Assembly: GCF_009914755.1 (NCBI RefSeq)
Contig: NC_060938.1
DNA: 64,000 nucleotides
Reading direction: 5' to 3' (one strand)
DNA from: the human T2T-CHM13v2.0 reference genome, Homo sapiens
The position numbers and the translations under genes were made by a program. The notes under the pieces were generated by a model. The model worked only from the letters and a program-made list of their open reading frames with translations, was not told the DNA's origin and made no database searches. How positions within the stretch are numbered: the stretch's first letter is position 1; each line of letters opens with the position of its first letter. Shown here piece after piece: positions 41,996-57,605 of this stretch.

Positions 41996-43820
41996 GTGAA
42001 AGCGATTAGACTCAGCTAAATGCTGTAGTAAATAATTTGTTAGCCACCTATGCAGGAAAAATTTAAAGGTGATCTCAAAATTTTAAATTATAGCAGGAAC
42101 CTGAAAGCACATTTGAGGCCTGATATTCCAAAAACTAGTTAAAACACTATATTTAACCTACCATTGACCTAAAATTCCCCTACTTTCAATAATGTGGATA
42201 TTTGCATAATGTAATCTATAAAACCAAAACAGTAAGCAGGAAAATAATTTAAAGAATAATAAATGAGTAAACATTATTCACCTTGAGGAAAAAGCAATTC
42301 TGTAACACCAGAATCATAATTTCAGTTACTGAATTTCAGCATATTACAAAAATAAATTCTGGAGTGTAAGTTGTAGAGAGAGTTAGCTTAGAGAAGATGT
42401 GATTGTTTATGCATTTTGTTTTGGTTTAAACAAATCTGTTGGCATTCTGCAAAGAGAAACAGAGACAAATGGTTTAAACAGACCTTCGCTCTGTGTTTCA
42501 GTACACTGCCATAAAACAAGCAAGATGGAAAATTTTTGCTGGCGTTATCACAAGTACTTACCATAAATATATTATAGTACACGCAGAAAGACTGCAGGGA
42601 AACTAGTGCTATCAAACTGTGGATTGATTTCATTCCTACTTTTTATACTGACTGCTTTTGTTTGTTTATTTTGGTTTGCTTTGTTTTGTGTGATTATCAT
42701 ACACAATTGAAAAATGCAGGAAAACACACCATTAATTTTCTCCATTATTTGCAGAACATTAATGAGGAATTAAGCAAACATTGATATTTTTAATGAAGAC
42801 AGCTTTTCTTTTCGTGAACTTATGGGTCTAGGAGGATATGAGTGTTTCATGTTATTAAAAACAAATCTGGCTTGACACTAGAATGTGATCTTCTTAGGGG
42901 ATTTTCATTTATTCATCTTTGGACCCTCAGAGCTTACCATAACTGTTGGAAAATAATTATTTGCCAAAACATTGCTTCTTCATACTGTATTATAAGATAA
43001 TAAGAAAAATCTTATTAGCTAAAATTAATGCTATATTAAACTCAGTTTTCTGTTACTTAGAATAGCATTTAAGCCTAATTATAGAGGGGTATAACAGTGA
43101 TAAAGGAGGTTAGGAGAGACATGTCACCATATGATGTTATTTTATTATACACAAAAGTAAATAGGGAAGAATCGAGTTCTTTATTTCTATCTTTTTAATT
43201 TCATAAAATATATGGGACCACTTTTGGCTTATAAAAAATATTTTGTATCATCTTCATGATGCTTGGGCTTTATATTTTGACCTTTTGTTTAATCAACACA
43301 GAACTTATAGGTACAGGAATCTGAGACTGTTCTAATAGTCATCCACTCAAAAATGTTGGCTCCTCCTCCTCAATTTGATCAATTAATTTTCCTTCTCTCT
43401 TAATGATTAGTGGTCAGATAGCCACAATATTTCCCGCATTGTACAACTGACTATTTTTTATATATTGAGTACCTATTTGTATCAATTATTTACCAGTGAG
43501 TAAGACCTAAATCTGCCTTCACAGTGTTCATAACCTAATTGATGCAGACAGGCATGATATCAATACAGAATCATATGAGTGACATATGTTTTAACTCTTT
43601 TAAAATAAGAAAAACATCATACATATAAAAATGCTCATCTAGTTAAATTAATAATGATAAAATGACACCCATTGAATGATCAACAAAAATAAAACATTAT
43701 CAATAATTATACCACTTATGTTCTACTCTTTTTTTTCTTTCTAAGCCGCTATTCCAGATTGAAATGCTAGCTGAGATATATCATTTGATTTAAAAAATAT
43801 ACTTTATTAGCTAATGTGTG

Positions 43821-44458
43821 TGTTATAGGAGTTATTAAGAAATTATTTTAGGCACATAGAGAGGAAAAGGGGTCCTTGGGAAGTTTTTGTCTGTTTTAAA
43901 GCAGCTCCAGAAATGTTTCTTGTCTAGCAGGAAAGTCTCAGCTCTTAGAGCCTGGCCAGCAACCTTTGATATGCAAACGCTGGCCATTAGAAACTGGGTC
44001 CACCCAAACATGGCGATTCCAGACCTCTTCTTCCTTGCCCTCACAGGTGCCTGGCAACATGGCAACCCCCATATATCCCCATGTTTGTAGGACATCATGG
44101 CACCCTGCATTTGTCTATTAAAAAGCTAGGGTGGGAGGGCCAGTTTTTTCACAGGCCACGTGATTGACATGCCTGGTCAAACCAATCCCCTGAGCCCTAT
44201 GCAAACAGACACCACCTCCTTCAACCTCCTCATATAAGCAGCCACATTTCTGCTGCACAAAGGGCTTCCTCTCTCAGCTTTGGAGCCCCCCACCCATTCT
44301 GTCTCTGTACAGGGTATCTATTTTCTTCTTCCTTCCTTCTTTCTTGCCTAATAACTTTTCGCTCCTTAAAACCACTCCACGGGTGCCCGTGTCATTTTAT
44401 CCAAACTGGCGCAAGGACCAAGGACGCTGGTGTTCCTCCACTTATCGGAGCCATGTCA
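43821..44458 (+). mobile_element. ERV1 solo LTR (LTR9-like)
   Basis: TG...CA ends; tgttataggagttattaagaaattattttaggc...; CCAAT at ~44181 and catataa at ~44231. Imperfect 4-bp TSD tgtg/tatg. Confidence 0.75.
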
Positions 44459-45111
44459 TATGTATGCCTAAACTAAGTTGTTTAATTTTACATTTTTTAA
44501 ACTTAAAATTTAAATTTTAAAAAAATTGTATGTGTTTTCTGATTTGCTTCTTTGGTTCAAAATTAGTATTTGAAATTTATCTGTGGGAATACATAGTAGT
44601 TTATTCATTGTCACTGCTGCATAAAATTACATTTTATAATTATGCCCTGATCTATAGATGTATTATATAACTTTTGGATATACAGCCTGATTTGAGTATA
44701 TTTGTGTTAAGGCAAATCTGCTATGGAAGTTATTATACTTGGGCTCCAAAGCACATGCACATCAAGTTTTTTTAAGGAATATGTCCAGTAGTTGAAATGC
44801 TGAGCTGTAGAGCAAGAGAACATGCAAATTACTGGAAAATGACAAATTGTCTTCTGAACTGTTATGTTAATTGAACTTCTACCAGCAAACTATAGGAATG
44901 ATCTTTACTTCATAACTGTGCTGTTAAATATGTTGGTTGCTAGTTAGATATTGCTATAAAGTTAATCTTTATAATGGTGTAACATTAAAACCTCATTTTC
45001 TCAGTATTATTAGTCACATTGCAAGAATTCAATGAACGCACATAGAATTGGGGAACGGAACTGGTGTTGTACAACATAAGACAGAACATTTGTATCATTG
45101 TAGAAAGTTTC

Positions 45112-47552
<2,441 letters not shown>

Positions 47553-48223
47553 GTTTCATCACACAGCTCTGCTCTATGGCCCTGACAAAAGTAGGTACGG
47601 ATCAAACTTTGAATTTTGATTGTGAACTGTTTCATAATTGTGATATTAATTTATATTTCTGTAGTATTAATAAACATTTTCCCATGTCAAATACCTATAT
47701 GTTCATAATTTTTGCCTTTTTTTTAGTGAGTGGTCTTTATTCCTTGTTAATGCGTAGATATGTTTCCATATAATTAGGCTAATAATTATTTGTCAGTCAT
47801 ATGCACTGCAAATATTTGTCACTGTGGCTTCTCTTTTTATTCTCTTTGTGGTATTTTCTGATATGGGGTCTTAATTTGAATGTAATGTATAAACATTTCC
47901 TTTATGACTAACATGTTTTATGGCTCAAGAAATTATTTCATACATCAAATCATAGCAATATTTTGCTTATATTTTATTCTTAATTAAATTTTTTTGGAAT
48001 TAATATTTATTTACATTTAACCTCATAATTACCATTTTTTAAAAAAATTTCTTCCTTCTGGTATAATATTGTATCTTCTTTAGATATTACTTTGGAGAAG
48101 AATTATACATAATAAACTTTCTACTTTTTTATTTTATAAAAATATCTCATTTCCTTCTCATTTAGAAAAAAAAAATGGAATTGACAGTCTTTTGGTTTCC
48201 CTCTTCAGGATTTTTTAAAAAGC

Positions 48224-48410
48224 AGAGCATGATCGCTTACACCTATATTCTTAGCACTTTGGGAGGCTGAGGTGAGAGGATCATGTAAGGCTGGGAATTT
48301 GAGGCTGCAATTAGCTATAATTGTGCCACTGCAATTCAGTATGGGCAACAGAGGGAGTTTTTTTATATCTAAAAATAAATAAATAGACAAACAAATAAGT
48401 AAATAAATAA
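48224..48410 (+). mobile_element. Old Alu monomer (FRAM/FAM-like)
   Basis: cttagcactttgggaggctgagg...gtgccactgcaattcagtatgggcaacagag followed by a (TAAA)n tail. Confidence 0.8.
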
Positions 48411-48627
48411 GGCATTCCACTGTCTTCTGACTTCCATTGTTAACATTGAGAAATCTCCTGTAATTTCTGGCTAATCTTTCTTTTCATGTGTTTTAAATAT
48501 TTTCAGTCTTCTCCTTTAGTTATGTAACCATGTTAAATAAACTTGTGTTGTATCCTGCACTTGTAATTTTAGTGTCTTCTTTTTTCTGAACATTTCATTA
48601 CTGCAGTTTTTTTTCTGTTTTGATATA

Positions 48628-48668
48628 AGAGAGAGGGAGAGAGAGAGAGAAGAAAGAGAGAGAGAGAG
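48628..48668. repeat. Imperfect (GA)n microsatellite
   Basis: agagagagggagagagagagagaagaaagagagagagagag. Confidence 0.9.
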
Positions 48669-49073
48669 TGAGCACTAATGTTTTTGGAACATTATCTTGG
48701 AGAATATACTGAAATTTTCATATGAAGTAAATTTATCCAGAAGGGAGTTTCTTTTGACTCTGTCTAGTGTCTAAGGATATATACCAACACTTTGAATCAT
48801 ATTAGTTTTCCTTAAAGCTAGAAAGTTCTATGAGCCACATATCATAGCTAAAACATGTACATTCCAATGCTTATGAGGGGTTAAGAATTTCCAGGAGAAA
48901 CATTCTCTATAGCTGTTCACCAAGTTCAAGATAAGTTTACATACCCAGTGTCTTCCCCAATGGAATATGTTTTATTTTCCCCAGCTGAGAATTTTGCCAT
49001 TTAGGCATTCCAGTTTCTAGGTTTTTTGTTCCCTGTAGTATATGTATTTCACAGTTCTATCAATGAATTATAG

Positions 49074-49098
49074 ACACATACACACACACACACACACC
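49074..49098. repeat. (CA)n microsatellite abutting HSMAR2
   Basis: acacatacacacacacacacacac. Confidence 0.9.
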
Positions 49099-50389
49099 CA
49101 TGGTCCTTAAAAATTTCATGGAAAATGCATATATAAAAAAAGAATGAATTTTAAAACATTTTTTGCATCAGAAATAAACTGGTGCTAACTTGTTATAACA
49201 TGTCTCAACAGGATCTAATTTGAGGTGCTAAGAAGGACAAGATATCAGTTTGAAAAGAGCTCCTATCATAGCAGCATGAATTATTCTAAAATTGAGTCAA
49301 GAACAAACATCAAATTTATTGTGAAACTTGCATGGGAGAATGGTGAAATCATTGATGCTTTATAAAAAGTTAATGGAGACAATCCCCCCCAAAAATTAGC
49401 AAATAGTTACAAATGGTTAACCCATTTTAAGAAGACAGGAGACTATGTTGAAGATGAAGTCTGCAGTGGCAGACTATCCAGATCAATTTGCAAGGAAAAA
49501 GTTAACCTTGTTCATGTCCTTATTAAAAAGAACCAATGATTGACAGTACAAGCAATAGCCAACACCATAAACATCACAATTGGTTCAGCTTGCACAATTC
49601 TGAATGAATAAAGCTGAGCAGACTTGTGACTCAGATGTCAAAACCTTTGCTCCCAAATCAGCTGCAGACAAGAGCAGGGCTTTCGATGAAAATTTTAAAC
49701 AAGTACAATCAAGAACCTAATGCATTTTTTCAAAGAATTGTAACAGAAGATGAAATTGGCTCTACCAGTATGATCCTGAAGATAAAGCAAAATCAAAGCA
49801 ATGGCTACCAAGAAATGGAAGTGATCCAGTCAAAGGAGTGTACTGGTCAACAGCAAAGGTCACGGCAACAGTTTTTTGGGGGTGGTGCTCAAGGCATTTT
49901 GCTTGTTGACTTTCTGGAGGACCAAATAAAGATAACATTTTCTTATTATAAAAGTGTTTTGAGAGAGCTTGTCGAAACATAGGCAGAAAAACACTCAGAA
50001 AACCACCAGAGAGTCCTTCTCCACTACAGCAATGCCCCTGTTCATTCCTTTCATCCAACAAAGGCAATTTTGCAAGAGTTTTGATGGGACACTATTAGAC
50101 ATCCACATTAACAGTTTGATTTGGGTCTCTCTGATTATGTTTGTTTTTCAATTAAAAAACAAATCTCTAAAGGGTATGCATTTTTCTTCAGGCGATAGTG
50201 TAAAAAAGACTACATTGACATGACTAAATTCCCAGGACACTCAGTTCTTGAATAAACTTAATGGCTGGTATCATCATTTACAAGACAATGTTGAACTTTA
50301 TGTATATAGCTTATGTTAAAAAATAAAGTTTATATTTTTTATTTTTAGATTTTAATTCCATTTTCCAGAAACTTTTTGTTGTCCTCTTG
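49097..50389 (+). mobile_element. Near full-length HSMAR2 mariner transposon
   Basis: About 1.3 kb. TIR remnants aaaaatttcatggaaaatg and cattttccagaaacttttt. Transposase starts at ATG 49276 (MNYSKIESRTNIKF...). Confidence 0.9.
49276..50325 (+). pseudogene. Disrupted mariner (DD34D) transposase
   Basis: Motif remnants lie in different frames: FFQRIVTEDE (RIVTGDE), YQYDPEDKAKSKQWLPR, LHYSNAPVH (HHDNAPAH) and HPH*QFDLGLSDY (HPPYSPDLAPSD). Stops and frameshifts are present. Confidence 0.85.
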
Positions 50390-50799
50390 TTTGTGTATAT
50401 ATGTCTGTGTGTAGATATGCTTATGTATAAATATACGTTAAATATATTCAATTTTTTGAGCCGAAATTTGTTGCCAAAGTCATATGCATATGAATATGTT
50501 AAGTATATTCATTGCTTTTCTGAGACTGTATTTTACCATATTGCCAAAGTAAATTTCTCATTTGACAATTTACTAAATTTTTACATTTTATTAAAATGCT
50601 ATACTTCTTTGTATTAGCACTTTTAACAATCTAATTTAACAAATTTGCACTTTAAAGTGTAACTACTTTTACACTTATAACTCATACTGGGCTTCAATAG
50701 TTATTGAACATTTTGATATTAAGCACAAACTTTGATATAATACAAAAATATGATAAACTAATGTTTGAGTGTGTCTCATTGTAAGCTGTAACCAGACTC

Positions 50800-53505
50800 A
50801 CTCAGAGAGGATTTAAAATTATGTACGTATAACAAATTTAACAAATATCCAAAGTTTATATTAAAACTATAAAACACTTCTGAAAGATAAAAAAGTAGAC
50901 AGGAAAAGTAAAAAATCTTACTCTCTTCTTGAATAATGATAAATATAATAGATATTAAAATACTTTATAGTCTTTTTATCACCTTTTTATGCATTTATTC
51001 ATAAACAGAGCCATTTAATACAAATAAAAATCCAAAAATGTATTCAAGTATATTTAAATATTTTATGTATGACAAGGTACCAGATAAATCAGTGGGAAGT
51101 GATAAATGTTTTGAGAAGAGGTATTGGGGTAACTGGATAATAATATGGAAAAATTAAAATTTTATCAGGTTCTGATGTCATATATAAAAAAATAGGAAAT
51201 TTATAAGTGAATTAGAGATTTATAGACAAAAGTAAAAATTTGTTATGGCTAGAAAAATTTGAGCAATTTAATTTTAAAAAGACTAGAGGGAAATGTTCTT
51301 AGATAAGGCTCAAATACAGTAGTATAGTACAAAATATTAATACACAGGACTACATAGAAACAAAAAAAAATCACATGTAGAAATATACCATGATAAAAGT
51401 AAAAAACGAATGGAATATCAAGGTAAATTTGATACCACACAAAGAATTAATACACTGAAGATATTAAACATTTCTAACATTATTTGAAAAAAATCACATA
51501 ATAAATGGATAAGAGGTAAAAACAATTTACAGAAATTATTATTTATAATTAGGAAAAATACACATTAATATTACATAAAATGCTACATCTCACCATTGAG
51601 ACATTTGACATTTAATAACAAACTCTCTGGAAGAATGAATAGAAAACAAGTATGCTTCTACTTTAATGATAACACAAAATGTTATACCTCTGGAGGTTAG
51701 TTTGGCTACATCTAACAAAATTGCACCTCTGTTTACCTTTTAATCCTGTAAACTTACCTCTAGGAATTAATTCCTCAAAAATTCAAAATGCCTCATGCCT
51801 ATTGCACTGCCATTTAAAATAGCAAGAGACTGGAAATAATACAAATATTCATCAATAGCAGAATTTATGAGAAAGTACTGTACATGCACACCATGGTAAC
51901 AGTTTTCAAAAACACAATCAATACACTACTATGGGTTGATAGCTATAAAAATGCAAATAGTATCATATATTTTAATCTAATAAATTGATGGAATGCAAAT
52001 ATATCCAAGTATGTGTATATGAGTTCAAATAATTAAATTGATAAATAAATTCAACATTAATAAATATTAATTAATTGAGGAGGTGGTGAGTACAGTTTGG
52101 GTAAGACAGATTGGAAGCTAGACTTCCTGAATATATCTTGTATAATATTGATCTTGAAATCACACAAACATTGTCAATATTAAAAAATATTAAGGCAAAA
52201 TGCAAAAAAAAGAAAAAGAAAAACACATCAAAACATCATTGTGATTCTATGTATTCGATTGGTAATTTAACCGCAGAAAGAATTACTTTCTGTATCTTTA
52301 AAGTACAGTAATTTGCTTGAACAGCCCTGGTGAGATATATCCTAGGAAAATTAATAACTGCAAATAATCATAGCCTGTATCCAATTTTATATTTATTAAT
52401 AATATTATAATTTTATGTTTATTAATGTATACATATTTGTGCATAATATGTAGTAGAGATATTCATGTATATATATACATTGTATATAAAGTATATAAGT
52501 AAGTATTCTAATTTTTTGTAGAACAAAGATTTTAAATGTAAAAATTCAAATTTGAATTAAAATAAGCACAACTGTAATCCTAAATTAGATTTTGACATAT
52601 TAACATGTATTCATGCAATATTGTTCTCTTTCAATTTTTTTTTATTTTTGTTTCCTATAAGGGCCTAGAAGCAGTGACTACCCTTTTAGCAATGAACCCC
52701 CTTAGTGTTCAAATTATAATCTCTATTTACAATTTATTTATCCAAAAAACAAGGTTCTATAGAGAAATGGTAGGATATGAACAATATGAAATCGGAAATT
52801 TGTATTAAACTAGAAACCAAGAAACTACTAATCACTACTGGTTTTGTGCCATCAGAAGACAGACACCAATGTGAACTGGCTTCCACTAGCCATATGAATG
52901 CCACAAAATCATCTATGGAGTATTGTTAACAGAAAATAAAATCTAACCTAGTTTCCAGATAATTCACTGTAGAGACATCAGTTGGAAAAAATCTTAAATG
53001 ACACAACACAGATAAGATCAGCCAAATTAGAATGTGAGAGATGTTCTCTGAGGTGAATAAATGAGAAGAAAAAACAAAGAAAGGGGTCTCTCATAAAGTA
53101 AAAGAAAAAATGCATGCGATATAAGAAACATGTTTGACTTCTGATTTGAACAAATATACTTTAAAATGTATATCTAAAAAATTCAAGGATAAATGACATT
53201 GATAGAATATTTGAATATTTTAAAAAGTTCTTAAAAGCTTAGGTGCTACGCTATTATTATGGTAGCTTTAAAATGTATTTTAATTTATCAATATGTACTA
53301 AATTATTTATGGGTGAAATGACATCGTTTCTAAGGTTTGCTTTAACCTCCATTTGTGGGAGGGTAATGGCTGGAGAAAGAAGGAGATAAGGATGAAATAA
53401 TATGATGATGTATTAATGGCTGTTAGACAGTAGTCCTTGGTGTTATTATACTATTCTTTCTACTCATGTGTGCATGTTTCCACAATGACAAGTTAAAAAT
53501 AAATA
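50800..53505 (+). mobile_element. Old L1MC-type element (ORF2 end plus long 3'UTR)
   Basis: Degenerate motifs aaaactataaaacacttctgaaaga, ttacctctaggaatt, aagggcctagaagcagtgac and ttattatactattctttctact. Confidence 0.6.
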
Positions 53506-54668
53506 AGCAAACTCACTATTGAACACTATAAACCAAACACACAAACAAAACAACACAACAACCAACTGAGTTTCAGGAGTTCCTCCAGTAATTTAAGTGT
53601 TCAGGCAAAGGGAAGGACCACTGCTAAGGAAATACAAGGTGGGCAAGGTTAATATAACCACAAGCAACTCTAAAATATCTGTTGATGTAAGCAGTTTTGA
53701 CACACTTTAGCTTTCTTGTGATTATGGATAGTAAATGAGATTTTTCCTGTTGTGTGAGTTTTAGGCACTCAAAGCTGTTAATAAGGTAATATCTTCCAAA
53801 GAAAGCTATTTTTGTTTTTTTGGTATCAATGAAGTAACTTAGCCAAAATCAATTTTACTACACTTAACTCATCATTTTTAGGGCTTTTTGAAAGAATTGA
53901 AAATTCTATGTAGTAAGGAAAAATTAGAGTAAGAGCCTTAGAAAGAGTTAATGGGGTATGTGGTGCTTTTCCTTAAAAGTGGGTAGAAAAGAGGTGTACT
54001 TCTTTTCAAAACAACTAAAGGAATCTTTATGGAAAATTAGGAGATATTGGCTGGTGTTGTTTGAAGTTTATGGGATATATAGATTTATTTTCAGATTGTG
54101 CATGGACAAGTGTAAATACAAATGACCATGGCTACAATGACTTGAGGTGGCCAAAATTTAAAGAAAAAAAAAAAGGAAAAGAAAGTCACTACTACTAGGA
54201 GCTGGTACTGTCCCAGTGGACCAAAGACATTCCTGTTTACCAGGGACCAGATGTGAACTTGCTGGGAGATATTAAGGGGAATTCTATTTAGAAGTCTCAC
54301 TTAGAAGGCAAGGAGATCTCAGTGAAATGGTAAACTGCCGAATTTCCAGGACTAAGGAAGTATTAAAGAGCATTTGGCTAGAGAAAGTATGAAAGCCGTA
54401 TAATTGCAGGTTTCAGGAGTTTTGTCAAGAGCTGTAACAACAAGAAAAAAAAATCCCAGAGACAAAAATTCAGCAACTGAACATCTTGTACCCAGTGGCA
54501 CCAACACCCAGAGTTGGAGACTTCTCTTGCTTCTTTCCTAATTCATCCAAGAGAGACTAAGATCTATGGCCGCTATAGTGTTTTGGAGTGAAGGCATAGC
54601 ATCCAGTTTATAAAGCCCCCCTATCCAGCTTAGACCTTCAAGCGTAGGTTAGGTTTGAGTTGCAGAAG

Positions 54669-55202
54669 TGTCAGAGGCGTTCAAATGAGTGCAACTCCAT
54701 CTTGAGTGAGGGCTAGGAAAATGAGGCTGAGAGTTACTGGGCTGCATACCCAGAAAGTCAGGCATTCCTAGCTTCTAAATGTTTAAGGTTAAGGGAACAA
54801 ATTAACAATGTTTACTAAATAGAACGAGATTTTGGAGTGTCCTAATATCCCAATATCTTGAGAACAAAAGAATTCCTAATTTTGGTTTAAAAATAGTATT
54901 GAATCTTGCAAAATACAGTAATTAAGAAAAGTAATCATTTATCACAAAACCTTGTAGCAAAGCACATCTGCCCATGATCATTTTTTTATTCTATATATAC
55001 AAGCATTGTACCTAGGGTGGATGTTCCTCCTCTTACTTTTGGGAAAGCTCTACTCTGTCTATGGAGTAGCTGTACTTTCACCACTTTACTTTCTTAATAA
55101 ACTTGCTTTTACTTTGCATTGTGGACTAGCCCTGAATTCTTTCTTACATGAGATCCAAGAACCCTCTCTTGGAGTCTGAATTGGGACCCCTTTCCTATAA
55201 CA
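54669..55202 (+). mobile_element. MER41 (MER41C/D-like, ERV1) solo LTR
   Basis: tgtcagaggcgtt...gcaactccatcttg...cttaataaacttgctttt...gggacccctttcctataaca. Perfect 4-bp TSD gaag (54665-54668 / 55203-55206). Confidence 0.9.
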
Positions 55203-57429
55203 GAAGGAGGTAAACTTGAAGATTTTTAAGTGTTTGGAGCATTGAACAATGGACCTAAACAAGGTAAGTCTTTTTGCTTATTAACTTGAGACTATTTTTG
55301 TGACTGAATAATACCTGAAGAGCAATTGGTCCTGTACAAGATTTCATTCAAGTTTGGAGAATATGAAGACAAGAAAGAAAATATGTGAAAGGAAAGGAAA
55401 ATATAAATTATGCTGTGTTTGCTGTCTATTTAGAACAGCTCATTTAAAATTTTTTATAGGAAGTTACAAATATGTAAGTGAGAAAGATATCACATTTATC
55501 TGTCTAAGATCTATTTATGTAATATATAAAAGAACTTAAACAACTAGAAAATAGTTTTAATATTATTTTCATGTGCCAAAATATAAAATCATATATCCAC
55601 CAAAATGTCTAAAAATTTTCATTATGAAAACATTGTATACACCTCTATGAGACTCTGTGTGTGTCTATGAGTGAGAGAGCAACAGACTGCATGAGGCTGC
55701 ATGATTCATTGAAGAAGAGAAAAGTGTGGAAGAATATAAAGCACACCTGGACCTGAATCTCATGGAGTTACATAGAATGAGTTTTCAGCCTCTCATCATG
55801 AAAATTCACAAAGGGTGATGGTGGGTCTGATCTCATATATATGAATCTCTAAACCACTGTTCCACAAAGACACAGAAAAGGATCAACCAAAGAACAGCAG
55901 AGGAGCCATGCTGGCATTCAATGAATGCACTAACTGCTTTTTTACAGTGTTCTTCAATGTGTTACTTCTTTCATGCTGAGACCTGCATAAAAATGAAATG
56001 TCATACTTCACTACCCTTCCAGCCAGTGGTACAGTTTATTTTCTTGTCTTCTGATAGAGTTCACAAATTTAATAACTGCCTTTTATCCTGGTCTCTATAT
56101 TCCCTTTCAGCTTCCTATTCAGTCTTCTCTGTCTCTGCAGGCTTGCAGGAAATGCCTCATTTTAGGTTTTCTATAAAGGACATAATAGACAAGAAAAGCA
56201 AAAGCGAAGAGGTTATCATCTATCATTTAGAAATGGACAAGGGGCAATCAGACCATTTTAATGGAGGCAGAGTGGAAAAAAAAAAGAAAAAAAAAACTCT
56301 TTGCTTTTGTGATATTTACCGTGTTCTTTCGGTTGAGACAATTTGTGCCAGAATAAATTGAGTAGTTTATGTTGAAAAGTGTATTATGGTTCTTTTAATC
56401 AGTGGCCACTTTGGAAAAAAAAAATTTATACTTAATAAAAAAATAATAATGAGGTTATTTTCAGGGAAATGGTGATAAAATGGGACTGATTTTTTTTAGC
56501 TAATTAACAAATACAGTGATGAATTTGAGTTTTTCTGCTTTGATGCATGTGTCTATAATTAATAATGACTTTGGAGGGCTCCACATGTTTCCTAAATGAC
56601 AATGACAATATCATTAATGAGATACATTATTGTACAGGATTTTTGGAAGTTGGAAAATAATAGAGAAAGGTTCAGGCAATATTTCTAAAGAAATATCATC
56701 TGCTGGTGGAACCAATAATCCTTCATTTACATTCTCATTAAGGATTGAATAGGCAACGCATCACATTCTTCTGAGTTGCTTTTAAACATGCAGGCAAGCA
56801 CATTACTAGCAAATCGCAAGAGTGAGTTTGTAACTAGACATCTTTGTTCCTGTCCCATGCTCTATATCTTTCACCTCTTTGATTAAAAACACAGCATGTG
56901 AGAATGAATCATTGTTAATCTCAGAGAAAATGGTTTCTAACATTGAATTATTTAAATGCTAATTGCAGTGCTTTGCCTACAAATAATCAACCTCAACCGG
57001 AACTTTTAACTAGATGATGTTTAATTCTCTTTCAAAATACCAAGTGGCTTTCAATGCTTCGATAGTTCTTGCATCCCAATAAGTAAATATCAAAGGATGT
57101 ACTTTAGAAGAAGCATGAGATCGAAAAATGCTGAAATTAATTTTCTATCACATTCTATTCTTACTCTAGAGCATTGGCTTGCAGGATCACACTTATCCTA
57201 TGTACTTCTAAAAATTCCAGTACTAGATACATTTGGCATGATACTACTCTAATTATAATCAGAATTTCATCTGAATTCGTTTCATGCCAATTTTTTTTTC
57301 TTACAACACTAAAGACATAGTTAGCTTTGTGAGAAAATTGTGAGCTGACGTGTAGTTAAATCATTCTCTCAGTGAACATTTTCAGAGTTAATAAAAGAAG
57401 ATCTTTTTAGGTTAGAACATTCAGGAGTT

Positions 57430-57605
57430 ATTCTTATTGGAGCGCATAAGAATGATCTGAGATGTCTATTAAATATATAGTTTCCTGGGCTGCGACTCTA
57501 GAGATTTATAGTAAACACTGGGCAGGAGACCTAAGCTTCTGCATTATATTGTTCTGCCTCGTGTGATTCTTTTAAACTCTATGAAATCACATTTTGAGAA
57601 TTTGT
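57430..57605. mobile_element. MER5-family fragment
   Basis: gcataagaatgatctgag...tttcctgggc...ctgcatt...gtgattct...tttgagaa. Confidence 0.55.

Noticed and set aside
49626-50223. Active or domesticated mariner transposase (SETMAR-like)
   Set aside because: Multiple frameshifts and stops, and catalytic motifs are mutated. SETMAR derives from HSMAR1, not HSMAR2.
54090-54668. Possible ancient LTR flanking MER41
   Set aside because: Slightly GC-richer with LTR-like texture, but I could not match termini or a family with confidence.
55921-56361. 146-aa ORF as a stand-alone single-exon protein gene
   Set aside because: No recognisable domain, low-complexity composition, and it crosses an A-run and a pyrimidine tract. 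Kept only as part of the speculative spliced model.
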